Below are positions 16,630-26,038 of a DNA stretch of 55,501 nt, in pieces; positions within the stretch are counted from its first letter, which is position 1; each line of letters begins with the position of its first letter. Source of the stretch: Bacteroidales bacterium (lineage in GTDB: Bacteria; Bacteroidota; Bacteroidia; Bacteroidales; UBA1556); the NCBI GenBank assembly GCA_015493685.1, contig WGCS01000114.1, forward strand, positions 1 through 55,501, read 5' to 3'. The notes under the pieces were generated by a model. It made no database searches, was not told where the DNA came from, and was given only the letters and a program-made list of their open reading frames with translations. The position numbers and the translations under genes are program-made.

Positions 16630-17832
16630 TTACAATCCTAATTTCTTGCGCATACTTTTTGAAAGCGCATTTTTATTGATCATTATCGACATGGTTTTAT
16701 ACTCAACATAAGCTTTAGAAGCATAGAAATAGCCTTTATACTTTTGATCAGTTCCCCATGAATTTTTTATTTTATAATACAGATTTCCCTTTTGATCTTT
16801 AGCTGTACCAACTATCAACATTCCATGGTCATCGGTAGTTAAATAATCATCAAAAGCTTTCTGACGCATCTCTTGGGTAATGGTTTTCTCTGTACGAGGA
16901 CCATCAAAAGCGTATAGTTGTTTCTTTCTTTCTTTGGTAGTAAGTTTTTCCCATTTAGCCTGCTCCAAATTATTCATACTCTTAATTTCATCTTCGGGAA
17001 CAATAGCTACTCCGTTTCTCCAAGAGAAACCTTTTTCGCTAACATCAGCAGCCCATGCAATGGTATATCCCTCCTTAATATTGGCATCAATTATCTGCAT
17101 CAAATCATTCATAGGAACATTATATACCTGTCCATTGCGCCAATTATCTTCAACTTCAATGGCAAAGGGTTTATAAAATGGATGGTGTGTATAAGAAGTA
17201 AGCATAATATAATCATCAGGATTGATTTGCATATACTCTTTCAGAAATGATTTTGGAGTATACTCTTTCCCTTCGTACTTAAAATTTTGTGGGATAGGTC
17301 CCAAATAAGTATTAAGTACGGCATTAATAGCTTTAGGCCATACGGGAGTAAGCTTACGGTTTTTGTCTTTGATAATGGAATTCACCATTGACAAAAGCAA
17401 ATCATCCATTTCGGCATGAACATGCTTAGGTTCACCATATTGTAAGCCGGTATATACTACATCAGGCTCCATACCATAATCTCTCATCACATCGGTAACA
17501 TCATTAAAAGCACCGCCGCCGCCAAAATTCATTTTGCCATGCATACGAACATATTTAATGGCCTTATCGTAATAAGAATGATGAACAACAAACATTTCCG
17601 AAAGGTCTGTTGCCGGTCTTCCCTTACGCAACATCTCCGCTTCGATAAATCCCAAACCGCTGAAACTCCAACAGGTTCCTGAACGATATTGATTTTTTAC
17701 ACTCGTATGAGGTACGGTAATAATATCGGTAAAAAAATACGCTTTGGTAGTATCTGATTTTTCGTTTTTATTTTGCGCCCACAGGCTAGTACTTAAGGCA
17801 AACAAAATACCTAAAAAAAATATCTTCTTCAT
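16630..17832 (-). CDS. pepC: Aminopeptidase C / bleomycin-hydrolase-like cysteine peptidase (C1B), with signal peptide
   Basis: NQYRSGTCWSFSG catalytic Cys context, C-terminal DHGMLIVG ... KNSWG His/Asn context, and N-terminal MKKIFFLGILFALSTSLWAQ. Confidence 0.8.
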   Translation of the reverse strand: MKKIFFLGILFALSTSLWAQNKNEKSDTTKAYFFTDIITVPHTSVKNQYRSGTCWSFSGLGFIEAEMLRKGRPATDLSEMFVVHHSYYDKAIKYVRMHGKMNFGGGGAFNDVTDVMRDYGMEPDVVYTGLQYGEPKHVHAEMDDLLLSMVNSIIKDKNRKLTPVWPKAINAVLNTYLGPIPQNFKYEGKEYTPKSFLKEYMQINPDDYIMLTSYTHHPFYKPFAIEVEDNWRNGQVYNVPMNDLMQIIDANIKEGYTIAWAADVSEKGFSWRNGVAIVPEDEIKSMNNLEQAKWEKLTTKERKKQLYAFDGPRTEKTITQEMRQKAFDDYLTTDDHGMLIVGTAKDQKGNLYYKIKNSWGTDQKYKGYFYASKAYVEYKTMSIMINKNALSKSMRKKLGL

Positions 17833-17853
17833 GTTGAAACTTTTATAAATTTA

Positions 17854-18723
17854 TTAATATGTTTTGGTAATATCTTCGTTAACCACAAGGGTGTAATCTG
17901 CCTCTTGGAGCTCCTTTTTATCTACATTCTCCACATTAACTTGTTCAATGGTAGAGATGGTAACTATTTTCAAATCAGGATTTGCTTTTTTCAAATACCA
18001 GATAATGCTTTCGTGATTTGCTGAATGATAAGCCCCATTAAAATGAAAGAACGTCTCTCCTTTTTTCCAGTTTTTAAGAATAAAATAAGCCATTGTAGCA
18101 TCCTTAATAGCCTGAGCCTTAGGAATATTATTCATTTTAGAAGGTATATGACCACCCATCATAGCAAGCATATTTTTATAGCAGGGCAATTCTGCATTAT
18201 AATCGATGGGCAAAGGAGCTATTAAAGCTTTGGCGGCCTCCGAAATACTATCCAATGCGGCAAAATCACCATTATTAACCATTGCCGCATAACGGCGAGG
18301 AATGTTGGTAGCAACAAAAGGAATATGATTTTTCTTGGCATAGGCTAAAATAGGATGATAATCGGTGGCATCGTTGGGCCACAAACGCGCTTGCTCTTTA
18401 AAATATTTATAAGCAATACCTCCATTCATATACTCATCAACAACTAATTGCTGATCTGACTCATACATTTCGGCGCCAAGGATAAGCTTATTTCCCTTAT
18501 CGGCATATAAGGCTTTTACCATTTCGAGTTCCATCCAATGAGAGATTGCATTATTATGTAATTCTCCGAAGAAAATAATATCGGCATCCTTCACATTATT
18601 TACCACTTGCTTAAAATCAAGTTTTTTTCCCTTGGTATTATAATACTGATAGGCACGCATATCAGCACTCATCGACATTAAAACGAAAGCAGTAACAACT
18701 ACTAAAATTGATTTTTTAATCAT
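17854..18723 (-). CDS. ChaN-family (DUF399, heme-binding Tiki/TraB-like) periplasmic protein
   Basis: DIIFFGELHNN motif and family-typical size. I placed the start at ATG 18723 (MIKKSILVVVTAFVLMSMS, a signal peptide) rather than the 18813 extension that runs into cdd. Confidence 0.6.
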   Translation of the reverse strand: MIKKSILVVVTAFVLMSMSADMRAYQYYNTKGKKLDFKQVVNNVKDADIIFFGELHNNAISHWMELEMVKALYADKGNKLILGAEMYESDQQLVVDEYMNGGIAYKYFKEQARLWPNDATDYHPILAYAKKNHIPFVATNIPRRYAAMVNNGDFAALDSISEAAKALIAPLPIDYNAELPCYKNMLAMMGGHIPSKMNNIPKAQAIKDATMAYFILKNWKKGETFFHFNGAYHSANHESIIWYLKKANPDLKIVTISTIEQVNVENVDKKELQEADYTLVVNEDITKTY

Positions 18724-18727
18724 AATA

Positions 18728-19216
18728 TTATTTTTTAAGTTGGTCGGCATGAAAATCGAAAGGAAGAAGGCTGCTTGCTTTGTCAACACTAACAATACTG
18801 CCTTGCTCGCCACACATTATTACTTTCATTGGCGAATTATGCAAGTGTTCATATTCTATCATCACTTGCCTGCAAGCTCCACAAGGGGCAATAGGCCCTA
18901 CGGTATCATGCTCTGGCGACTCTACGGTAATGGCAATGGAATCGATGGCAACTCCCGGAAACTGTGCTGCAGCAGCAAATAAGGCTACACGCTCGGCACA
19001 TAATCCTGAAGGATAGGCTGCATTCTCTTGATTGCTGCCCAAAACAACTTGTCCATTGGCTAATTTTACAGCAGCTCCAACTGCAAATTTTGAATAGGGG
19101 GAATAGCTTGTTTTAATAGCTTCCTTGGCTTGATTAATCAAGCTTACCTCTTCGCTCTTCATCTCTGAGGAGTCGTCATAACAGGTATAACGAAGTGAGA
19201 ATTCTTTTTGCTCCAT
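18728..19216 (-). CDS. cdd: Cytidine deaminase
   Basis: Zinc-binding motifs CAERVA and PCGACRQ. I placed the start at ATG 19216 (MEQKEF); the ORF-track start 19288 is a TTG extension. Confidence 0.9.
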   Translation of the reverse strand: MEQKEFSLRYTCYDDSSEMKSEEVSLINQAKEAIKTSYSPYSKFAVGAAVKLANGQVVLGSNQENAAYPSGLCAERVALFAAAAQFPGVAIDSIAITVESPEHDTVGPIAPCGACRQVMIEYEHLHNSPMKVIMCGEQGSIVSVDKASSLLPFDFHADQLKK

Positions 19217-19325
19217 AGTAAAATAATTGGGCTCAAAATTACACTTTTTCTTGATTGTAGTAGCAATTTTGTTTTCTTTTTCCGCCAAAGCGTAATTCGC
19301 CTGCTTTTATCAGCTGTCAGAATAC

Positions 19326-20177
19326 TTATTTCAACTTAAAACCTTGCTCTATGGCCATTTTATATACATGATCCCTTACCCAAGCAGCCCATTGTTTATT
19401 CGTCTTGGATTTATCAAAATAAGTATAAGGTATCGCTTTCCCAAAATGAATATGTATCTTGGCATTATGCTGCTTAAAAACCTCCGCCGGCAAGAACAAC
19501 ATCTCTATATTAGCCTTGATACCCAGCTTCTTGCGCCAATATGCTAAGCGATAAAAAAACATCGAATTATAAGCATAAATAAATACCGGAATAACATCAC
19601 GATGATATTTTACCGCTCTGGAAATAAAGGTTGGTTTCCATTCTAAATCTCTAATTCCTTCTTTCTGTATCCGCGAAACCAAGCCGGCAGGAAAAAAGAG
19701 AAGCATATCGTCAGAAGAAAATGCTTTTTCCAATATTTCAACATTTTCGGTGTTTCTACCATGCTTATTAATTGGCACCAGCAATGGTTTAAGACCGGGA
19801 ACTCGCATTAAAATATCATTTACCGGAAATTTAATATCAGGTCTGACTTTTCCCACAACACTCATTAATGTTACCCCATCGAAACCTCCCAACGGATGAT
19901 TCGACACCATAATTTGATTACCTTGCTTAGGAATATTTTCCATACCACTGGTGGTAAGGTCTATCTCAAAATCAATAATAGACTGATCTGCCCATGAAAG
20001 CCCAAACAAATTTCGCCATTTATAAATATAATAATTTACTTCATCGACATGAACAATACGCTCAAGCAAGCGAAGCACAAATTTAGGTAATCTCTTGGCC
20101 AGCTTTGGATTTTTATCCTCAATAATTTTAGGAATATCCACAAATTTTTTTCCAATTGCTACTTTTTCTGTCATCAT
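19326..20177 (-). CDS. Lysophospholipid (PlsC-type) acyltransferase family protein
   Basis: HX4D acyltransferase motif in SNHPLGGFDG, plus a later FPAGLVSR block. Confidence 0.7.
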   Translation of the reverse strand: MMTEKVAIGKKFVDIPKIIEDKNPKLAKRLPKFVLRLLERIVHVDEVNYYIYKWRNLFGLSWADQSIIDFEIDLTTSGMENIPKQGNQIMVSNHPLGGFDGVTLMSVVGKVRPDIKFPVNDILMRVPGLKPLLVPINKHGRNTENVEILEKAFSSDDMLLFFPAGLVSRIQKEGIRDLEWKPTFISRAVKYHRDVIPVFIYAYNSMFFYRLAYWRKKLGIKANIEMLFLPAEVFKQHNAKIHIHFGKAIPYTYFDKSKTNKQWAAWVRDHVYKMAIEQGFKLK

Positions 20178-20361
20178 AAATAATACACTAATGAGTAGGC
20201 AAAAGTATGGAATTTTACCCTAATATCTATAAAGCTCTCTCGACAATTCAGAACAGCCTCGCCTCATTCTGAAATTAAATCCTCTGTAAACAACGTTATT
20301 TTGTTTTGTACTATCATAATATTTATGTAAATTCGTCAACGAAACAAAAACATTCCAGACA

Positions 20362-23300
20362 GTGATAAAAATACCCTTTAATAAAGCAATATCTATTCTT
20401 CTTGTTTTATTTCTAACTACGAGTACATGCGTACTAAGTCAGGGACAAAAGTTAAATTATGGTGTAAAACGAATTACCACAGAAATTCAAAAAACCACCA
20501 GTGGTATTTCGCAAAATACGTTAAGATGTATTTTTCAAGATCATAAAGGATTGCTTTGGCTGGGTACTTGGGATGGACTAAACCGCTACGATGGAATTCG
20601 ATTTAACATTATAAGGAATGAAGTTGGCACTCCTAATGAAGGTTTGAGTAATAGTACTGTAAATGCAATAGTACAAGATAAGGACAACACCTTATGGGTT
20701 GGCACTGATGGAGGGATAAACTGCATAAGTTACCGTAATTTTAAACGAGTTAAACTCCATATTAAAACAAAACTTAGACTTTATTCCGACACCATTCATG
20801 CTCTTGTAATAGATAAAAAGCAAAATATATGGATTGGGTCACAAAATGGACTTTGCATTCTCAACGAAAAGCGTGATAGTGTTATCCTTCTCTCTCATTT
20901 TATGAACCTTAGCACAGAACTTGACAGCATAGAAATCAGGCAGATTATTCAATTTCAGAAAAATATTATCTGGGTAGGCACAGCCAAAGGGCTTTATAAA
21001 ATAAATTTACTAAAGCATCGCATCATCCACTTTGGAAAAAGGCAACTCAGTGATTTACATATTACTTTCCTACAAAATTATAAAGATAGTTTATTATTTA
21101 TCGGTACCGAAAACGGGCTAAACATTCTCAATAATAAAACCAAAAAAGTGAAAGCCTATTTTGTTTTTCCAGAAAAGAAGAATGATATGGGCTCCAATGT
21201 ATTCCTCAGTGCTCTATTGGATAACGACAGCTGCCTTTTAATTGGCTTTGCCGGCCATGGATTATACTCCTTTTATTTTAATGAGCAACCTCATTTTCAA
21301 GCATTTAAAATTCCGCTAATAGGCAGCCAGGAAATAAATTATTATAATCCTCAAGAGGAAGATATTACTTGTATGATGAAAGATGACTATGGCAATATGT
21401 GGCTGGGCACAGCATGGAATGGTATCCTTTGCATTAGTCACGGGCCCATTCTTTTTAAAACCTTTCGTAAAACAGAAAACAAGACCAACAGTTTAAATGA
21501 TAATCGTATTTGGTGTTTTTACAGCAATGGTGATGAGTTATGGGTTGGTACTGATAAGGGCATTAATATCTATAATATCAAGCATCATACCATGCGCTAT
21601 ATTACACGCAATAACGGACTGTCATCTAATAAGATACGAGCAATTCACAGAGATAATAAATTACGATACTGGATAGGTACTTTTAATGGTGGACTCAATA
21701 TCATTGATACTGCTAATCATATTAGCCATTATATGGCTAAGGATAAAAATATTCTATTGCCCAATAGTACAATATGGAATATTACGGAAGACACATTAGG
21801 CGGTATGTGGCTCAGCACCTACAGTGGCTTAGTCTATATTAATGGTAATACAATGCAAGCAAAAGCTTTCAAGCATAATCCAAAAGACAGCACTAGTTTA
21901 AGTTCGAATACTGTTTTCGATGCCAATTACGATTCCAAATCGCGCTTATGGGTTTCCACTTATAGAGGATTAAATTTATTTGATCCTATGACACATAATT
22001 TTCAACATTTTTTCCATCAAGAAGGAAATAACAATAGCTTAAGTACCAACAAAATTTTCAGTATATATGATGACAAGCATGGCAACTTATGGATTTCCAC
22101 ACTTGGAGGAGGACTAAATAAAATGGATTTAAACACTGGAGATATTCAATGGTTTACCACTCGGGATGGCCTTTCTAACAATGTTATCTACAGCCTTATT
22201 GACGATTCCACGGGCTACCTCTGGCTAAGCAGCAATCTTGGCATCAACCGCTTTAATATGCTTACTCATGTGGTAAATACTTATGGAGTAAATGATGGAC
22301 TTCAGTCATCAGAATTTAATTTTGGCGCAGCTTATATTAGTCCCTCTCACACCATTTACATGGGAGGAATGAAGGGCTTCAACTCCTTTAATCCACAAAG
22401 TATCAATCGTAATAATAAAAAACCGCGACTTTGTATTAGCGCCTTTATAAGTCAAAAAGGACCTCGCTATACTGTTAATTTCGGCGATACAATTAACCTA
22501 TCTCCCAGTGATAATTCTTTTACTATTGACTTCACCAATTTAAATATTAACCAATCTCAGAAGACCATTTTCCGGCACCGACTCGAAAATTATGATGGCA
22601 AATGGATAAATACAAAACGGACGAGTGCTCAAGCAAGCTATGCCAATGTACCCGCCGGAAGATATGTTTTTCTGGTTGAAGCAGCCAATAAATATGGTGT
22701 ATGGGGAAGCTCCCCTCTCAAACTCACCATAATAGTTAAACAGTATTGGTATAAATCCTTGGCTTTTATTCTGGGAATCGCTTCTATACTACTGCTATTA
22801 TTGGTTTTAGCAATACGTCAGCGTATAAAAAGAATAGAGTATAAGTCTGAAATAGAAAAACAAATTCACCAGTTGGAGAGGCAGTCTCTCCGACTACAAA
22901 TGAATCCTCATTTTGTTTTCAACACCCTCAATTCCATTCAGAGTTTTATTCTAAATAATGAAGCCAAAGAATCTATCTCCTATTTATCAAAATTTTCTAA
23001 ATTGATGCGAAGTATTCTTAATAACAGCACTGAAAGCATTATTTCTTTGCAGGATGAAATTGACATGCTGAAATATTACCTGTCGTTGGAGCAACTGCGC
23101 TTTGGACATGCTTTCGATTATACATTCCATATTGATAAAAATATTGACACCGAATACATTGGCATTCCAGGGATGTTACTCCAAATATATATCGAGAATG
23201 CTATTATTCATGGAGTAGCCCCACTGAGCAATCGTAAAGGACATATAAGCATTAGTTTCGAACTTATTCACACTCAACTAAAATGCATTATTGAAGATAA

Positions 23301-23502
23301 TGGTGTGGGACGAAACTTCCATAAAAACAACAAAGACACTATACACAAAGCCAAAGGAATGTCCATCACCAAAAAAAGGCTGGAGCTACTAAATAAAACT
23401 CAGGAGAGAAATTCATCGCTTACAATTAAGGATTTATTCGATGACCAAGGAAAAGCCTGCGGAACACGAATTATCATTTGGATAAACTTTACAGATTTAT
23501 AA
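20362..23502 (+). CDS. Sensor histidine kinase: periplasmic two-component-regulator propeller repeats, Y_Y_Y domain, TM helix and LytS/YehU-type kinase
   Basis: Repeated LWLGTWDGLNRYD / LWVGTDGGIN / IWIGSQNGL blades. TM helix AFILGIASILLLLLVLAI. His_kinase motif LQMNPHFVFNTLNSI, followed by an HATPase_c domain. GTG start. Confidence 0.85.
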   Translation: MIKIPFNKAISILLVLFLTTSTCVLSQGQKLNYGVKRITTEIQKTTSGISQNTLRCIFQDHKGLLWLGTWDGLNRYDGIRFNIIRNEVGTPNEGLSNSTVNAIVQDKDNTLWVGTDGGINCISYRNFKRVKLHIKTKLRLYSDTIHALVIDKKQNIWIGSQNGLCILNEKRDSVILLSHFMNLSTELDSIEIRQIIQFQKNIIWVGTAKGLYKINLLKHRIIHFGKRQLSDLHITFLQNYKDSLLFIGTENGLNILNNKTKKVKAYFVFPEKKNDMGSNVFLSALLDNDSCLLIGFAGHGLYSFYFNEQPHFQAFKIPLIGSQEINYYNPQEEDITCMMKDDYGNMWLGTAWNGILCISHGPILFKTFRKTENKTNSLNDNRIWCFYSNGDELWVGTDKGINIYNIKHHTMRYITRNNGLSSNKIRAIHRDNKLRYWIGTFNGGLNIIDTANHISHYMAKDKNILLPNSTIWNITEDTLGGMWLSTYSGLVYINGNTMQAKAFKHNPKDSTSLSSNTVFDANYDSKSRLWVSTYRGLNLFDPMTHNFQHFFHQEGNNNSLSTNKIFSIYDDKHGNLWISTLGGGLNKMDLNTGDIQWFTTRDGLSNNVIYSLIDDSTGYLWLSSNLGINRFNMLTHVVNTYGVNDGLQSSEFNFGAAYISPSHTIYMGGMKGFNSFNPQSINRNNKKPRLCISAFISQKGPRYTVNFGDTINLSPSDNSFTIDFTNLNINQSQKTIFRHRLENYDGKWINTKRTSAQASYANVPAGRYVFLVEAANKYGVWGSSPLKLTIIVKQYWYKSLAFILGIASILLLLLVLAIRQRIKRIEYKSEIEKQIHQLERQSLRLQMNPHFVFNTLNSIQSFILNNEAKESISYLSKFSKLMRSILNNSTESIISLQDEIDMLKYYLSLEQLRFGHAFDYTFHIDKNIDTEYIGIPGMLLQIYIENAIIHGVAPLSNRKGHISISFELIHTQLKCIIEDNGVGRNFHKNNKDTIHKAKGMSITKKRLELLNKTQERNSSLTIKDLFDDQGKACGTRIIIWINFTDL

Positions 23503-23523
23503 TACACCCAACAATACTACGAT

Positions 23524-24270
23524 ATGAAGCTATTAAATACAGTAATTATTGATGACGAAGAAAAATCGCGACAAACATTACGTCAGATGCTCAATTTATT
23601 TTGCCCCACGGTACAAATTATTGGCGAAGCCCACAATATCCAAAGTGCTTATGAATTATTATCTATTGTCAAGCCTGACATTGTATTCTTAGATATTAGA
23701 ATGCCCGACGGCAATGGTTTTGATTTACTAAAAAAGTTGAATCATCCCAATTTCAATTTAATATTCACAACAGCTTACGACCAATATGCCATTAAAGCAT
23801 TTAAATACAGCGCCATTGACTACCTTCTCAAACCTATTGACACTGATGAGCTAAAGGCCGCCGTTGCCAAAGCAGTTGAAATTGACCCCACAACGACCAC
23901 AAGAAATAATACGCTACTCGATAATTATGTAAAACCCAAAGAAGATCAGCAGATTATACTATCCACTATCGAGGGGATGCACGTCGTTAAGATAAAAAAT
24001 ATTATTCGATGCCAAGCCGACGATTACTACACTAATTTTTTCTTGAATGATGGTCGTAGAATAATGATATCAAAGACATTAAAAGAGAACGAAGAGCTCT
24101 TAAAAGACCATGGTTTTATCCGCCCTCACCGCTCACACTTAGTCAATATCTCCTATATAAAAAGATATGTGAAATCGAACGGCGGCCATATTATCCTTGC
24201 CGATGGCAGTAATATTCCCGTCTCGCGAAGAAAAAAGGAAGTGATTCAGGAATACCTCAACAGAAATTAA
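23524..24270 (+). CDS. LytTR-family response regulator
   Basis: Receiver domain (IIDDEE ... VFLDIRMPDGNGF ... TAYDQYA) plus a C-terminal LytTR DNA-binding domain (FIRPHRSHLVN). Confidence 0.9.
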   Translation: MKLLNTVIIDDEEKSRQTLRQMLNLFCPTVQIIGEAHNIQSAYELLSIVKPDIVFLDIRMPDGNGFDLLKKLNHPNFNLIFTTAYDQYAIKAFKYSAIDYLLKPIDTDELKAAVAKAVEIDPTTTTRNNTLLDNYVKPKEDQQIILSTIEGMHVVKIKNIIRCQADDYYTNFFLNDGRRIMISKTLKENEELLKDHGFIRPHRSHLVNISYIKRYVKSNGGHIILADGSNIPVSRRKKEVIQEYLNRN

Positions 24271-24346
24271 AAAAAATCAATAGTAAACGTTGGTTAGCCT
24301 TCGTGAGTATATTCGGTTAATAATAGAATAACTCTAATTCTGCCCA

Positions 24347-25045
24347 TTAGTTATAAAACGAATAATCTTTAATAACTCGTTTTAAATAGTCAATGGGAAT
24401 GAGTTCTGTTTGATGATCAGTAATCATTATTACCTTATTGAATAGCGGCCCAACCAGTGAATAATTATTCGTATTTTCAGCTTCCTCAACAATTTGTTTT
24501 ATCAATTCAATATTTTTTACCGATAGCTTCTCCGCCTCAGGACGACTAAGCAGGGGAGTATACGAATCTTCAACAGTTACCATAGCTATTTCATTAAAAT
24601 TCACTGTTTCTCCAGTTTTAATAACAATAGTTTTTGCAGCAATATCACCCAATCGTTGGCCTTTTTTATTAAAAACCATCACTAATATTCCCAAAGCAAA
24701 CATATAATCTACCGGCCTTAATAGGGCTCTAATAAGATATTGCCAAAACCCGGCACTCTCCCCATTCTCTTTCACCACTTTTATCTTTTGGCTTATCTTT
24801 CCAATACTCTGTCCTTCGTAAAATAGCTCAAAAAAGAAATTATATGAAAAAAAGATAAATGAAAATAATATAAATTGATAAGAGGGATTTATTACTTTTG
24901 TATTCGAAATAAGCCAGCTAATGAAAATGGAAGCCCCTATTAACACAACTAAATCAATGAATACCGCTATTAGTCTTTTTCCTATACCTGCTTTTTCTGA
25001 TGACAGTTCTACATTTTGTGTGGTTTCAAAATTTATGTTTTCCAT
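24347..25045 (-). CDS. RDD-family membrane protein with a C-terminal soluble domain
   Basis: KRLIAVFIDLVV ... LRPVDYMF ... RLGDIAAKT over three TM helices is the RDD pattern. Divergent from the MoxR-module operon. Confidence 0.7.
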   Translation of the reverse strand: MENINFETTQNVELSSEKAGIGKRLIAVFIDLVVLIGASIFISWLISNTKVINPSYQFILFSFIFFSYNFFFELFYEGQSIGKISQKIKVVKENGESAGFWQYLIRALLRPVDYMFALGILVMVFNKKGQRLGDIAAKTIVIKTGETVNFNEIAMVTVEDSYTPLLSRPEAEKLSVKNIELIKQIVEEAENTNNYSLVGPLFNKVIMITDHQTELIPIDYLKRVIKDYSFYN

Positions 25046-25057
25046 ATTAACGGACTA

Positions 25058-26038
25058 ATGAATGAAATAAAATTTATTAAAATCAATGGAAAACGCTGGC
25101 AAAATTTCGACCATCTTCTCAGCAATAAAGATAGAGAGAATGGCAATCCTGACCGCTTAGCACGCTTATATATTGAGCTTACCGATGATTTAGCTTATGC
25201 AAAAACATTTTTTCCCAAAAGCAAAACTACAAAATATCTTAATCAAATAACACTAAAAGCCCACCGGCAAATCTTCAAGCAAAGAAAAATTGCTAAAAAT
25301 AGTTTGCTCCGATTTTTTATTTACGATTATCCAATTACACTTTTCAGGCATCGCAAAAAAATCATTATTGCTTTCATCTTCTTTGTTCTATCAGCGGTAA
25401 TTGGGGCTGTCTCCTTTAATATGGATGAGGAATTTGCTCGTTATATTCTGGGTGACAGCTATGTAAATATGACCATTGAAAATATGGAAAACGGACATCC
25501 CATGGGAGTATATAACAGCAAAAGTGAGACGCTTATGTTTTTTGGCATTGCGTGGAATAATATTAGAGTAGCTCTGCTGGCCTTTGCTATGGGAATATTT
25601 TTCTCCATAGGAACGTATATTTTGCTTTTTTATAATGGCGTTATGCTTGGCGTCTTTCAAGCTTTATTCATTCAACATGGATTTCTCAAAATATATTTTC
25701 TTACTGTATGGATGCACGGGACCATTGAGATATCATCAATTATAATTGCTGCATCCGCAGGACTGGTAATGGGAAATAGCCTTTTGTTTCCCGGCACTCT
25801 GCCACGAATATACAGCCTTCAGAAAGGAGCACTTGAAGGAGTTAAAATCGTTATTGGGCTTATTCCTTTCTTTATTATTGCTGCCTTTATAGAAAGTTTC
25901 CTTACCCGACATTCCGAAAGCTCCTATTTTTTCGACTCCCTTTTAATAATCGCTTCCTCTTTGCTTATACTATTTTACTTCTTTATATATCCCTATTTCA
26001 TAACAAAAAAATTAAGCCATGAACAGTATGTCCTCTGA
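25058..26038 (+). CDS. SpoIIM/DUF95-like polytopic membrane protein with a cytoplasmic N-extension
   Basis: N-terminal MNEIKFIKINGKRWQNF ... LARLYIELTDDLAYAKT, then TM helices containing HGTIEISSIIIA. I placed the start at ATG 25058 rather than 25016. Confidence 0.65.
   Translation: MNEIKFIKINGKRWQNFDHLLSNKDRENGNPDRLARLYIELTDDLAYAKTFFPKSKTTKYLNQITLKAHRQIFKQRKIAKNSLLRFFIYDYPITLFRHRKKIIIAFIFFVLSAVIGAVSFNMDEEFARYILGDSYVNMTIENMENGHPMGVYNSKSETLMFFGIAWNNIRVALLAFAMGIFFSIGTYILLFYNGVMLGVFQALFIQHGFLKIYFLTVWMHGTIEISSIIIAASAGLVMGNSLLFPGTLPRIYSLQKGALEGVKIVIGLIPFFIIAAFIESFLTRHSESSYFFDSLLIIASSLLILFYFFIYPYFITKKLSHEQYVL

Noticed and set aside
18724-18813. ORF-track 5' extensions that overlap neighbouring genes or precede signal peptides: ChaN-like 18813, cdd 19288 (TTG), SpoIIM-like 25016, reeler-like 49833 and hydrolase lipoprotein 52249 (GTG).
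   Set aside because: In each case an internal ATG gives a canonical N-terminus (a signal peptide, a lipobox or a family-typical opening) and removes an implausible overlap with the neighbouring gene.
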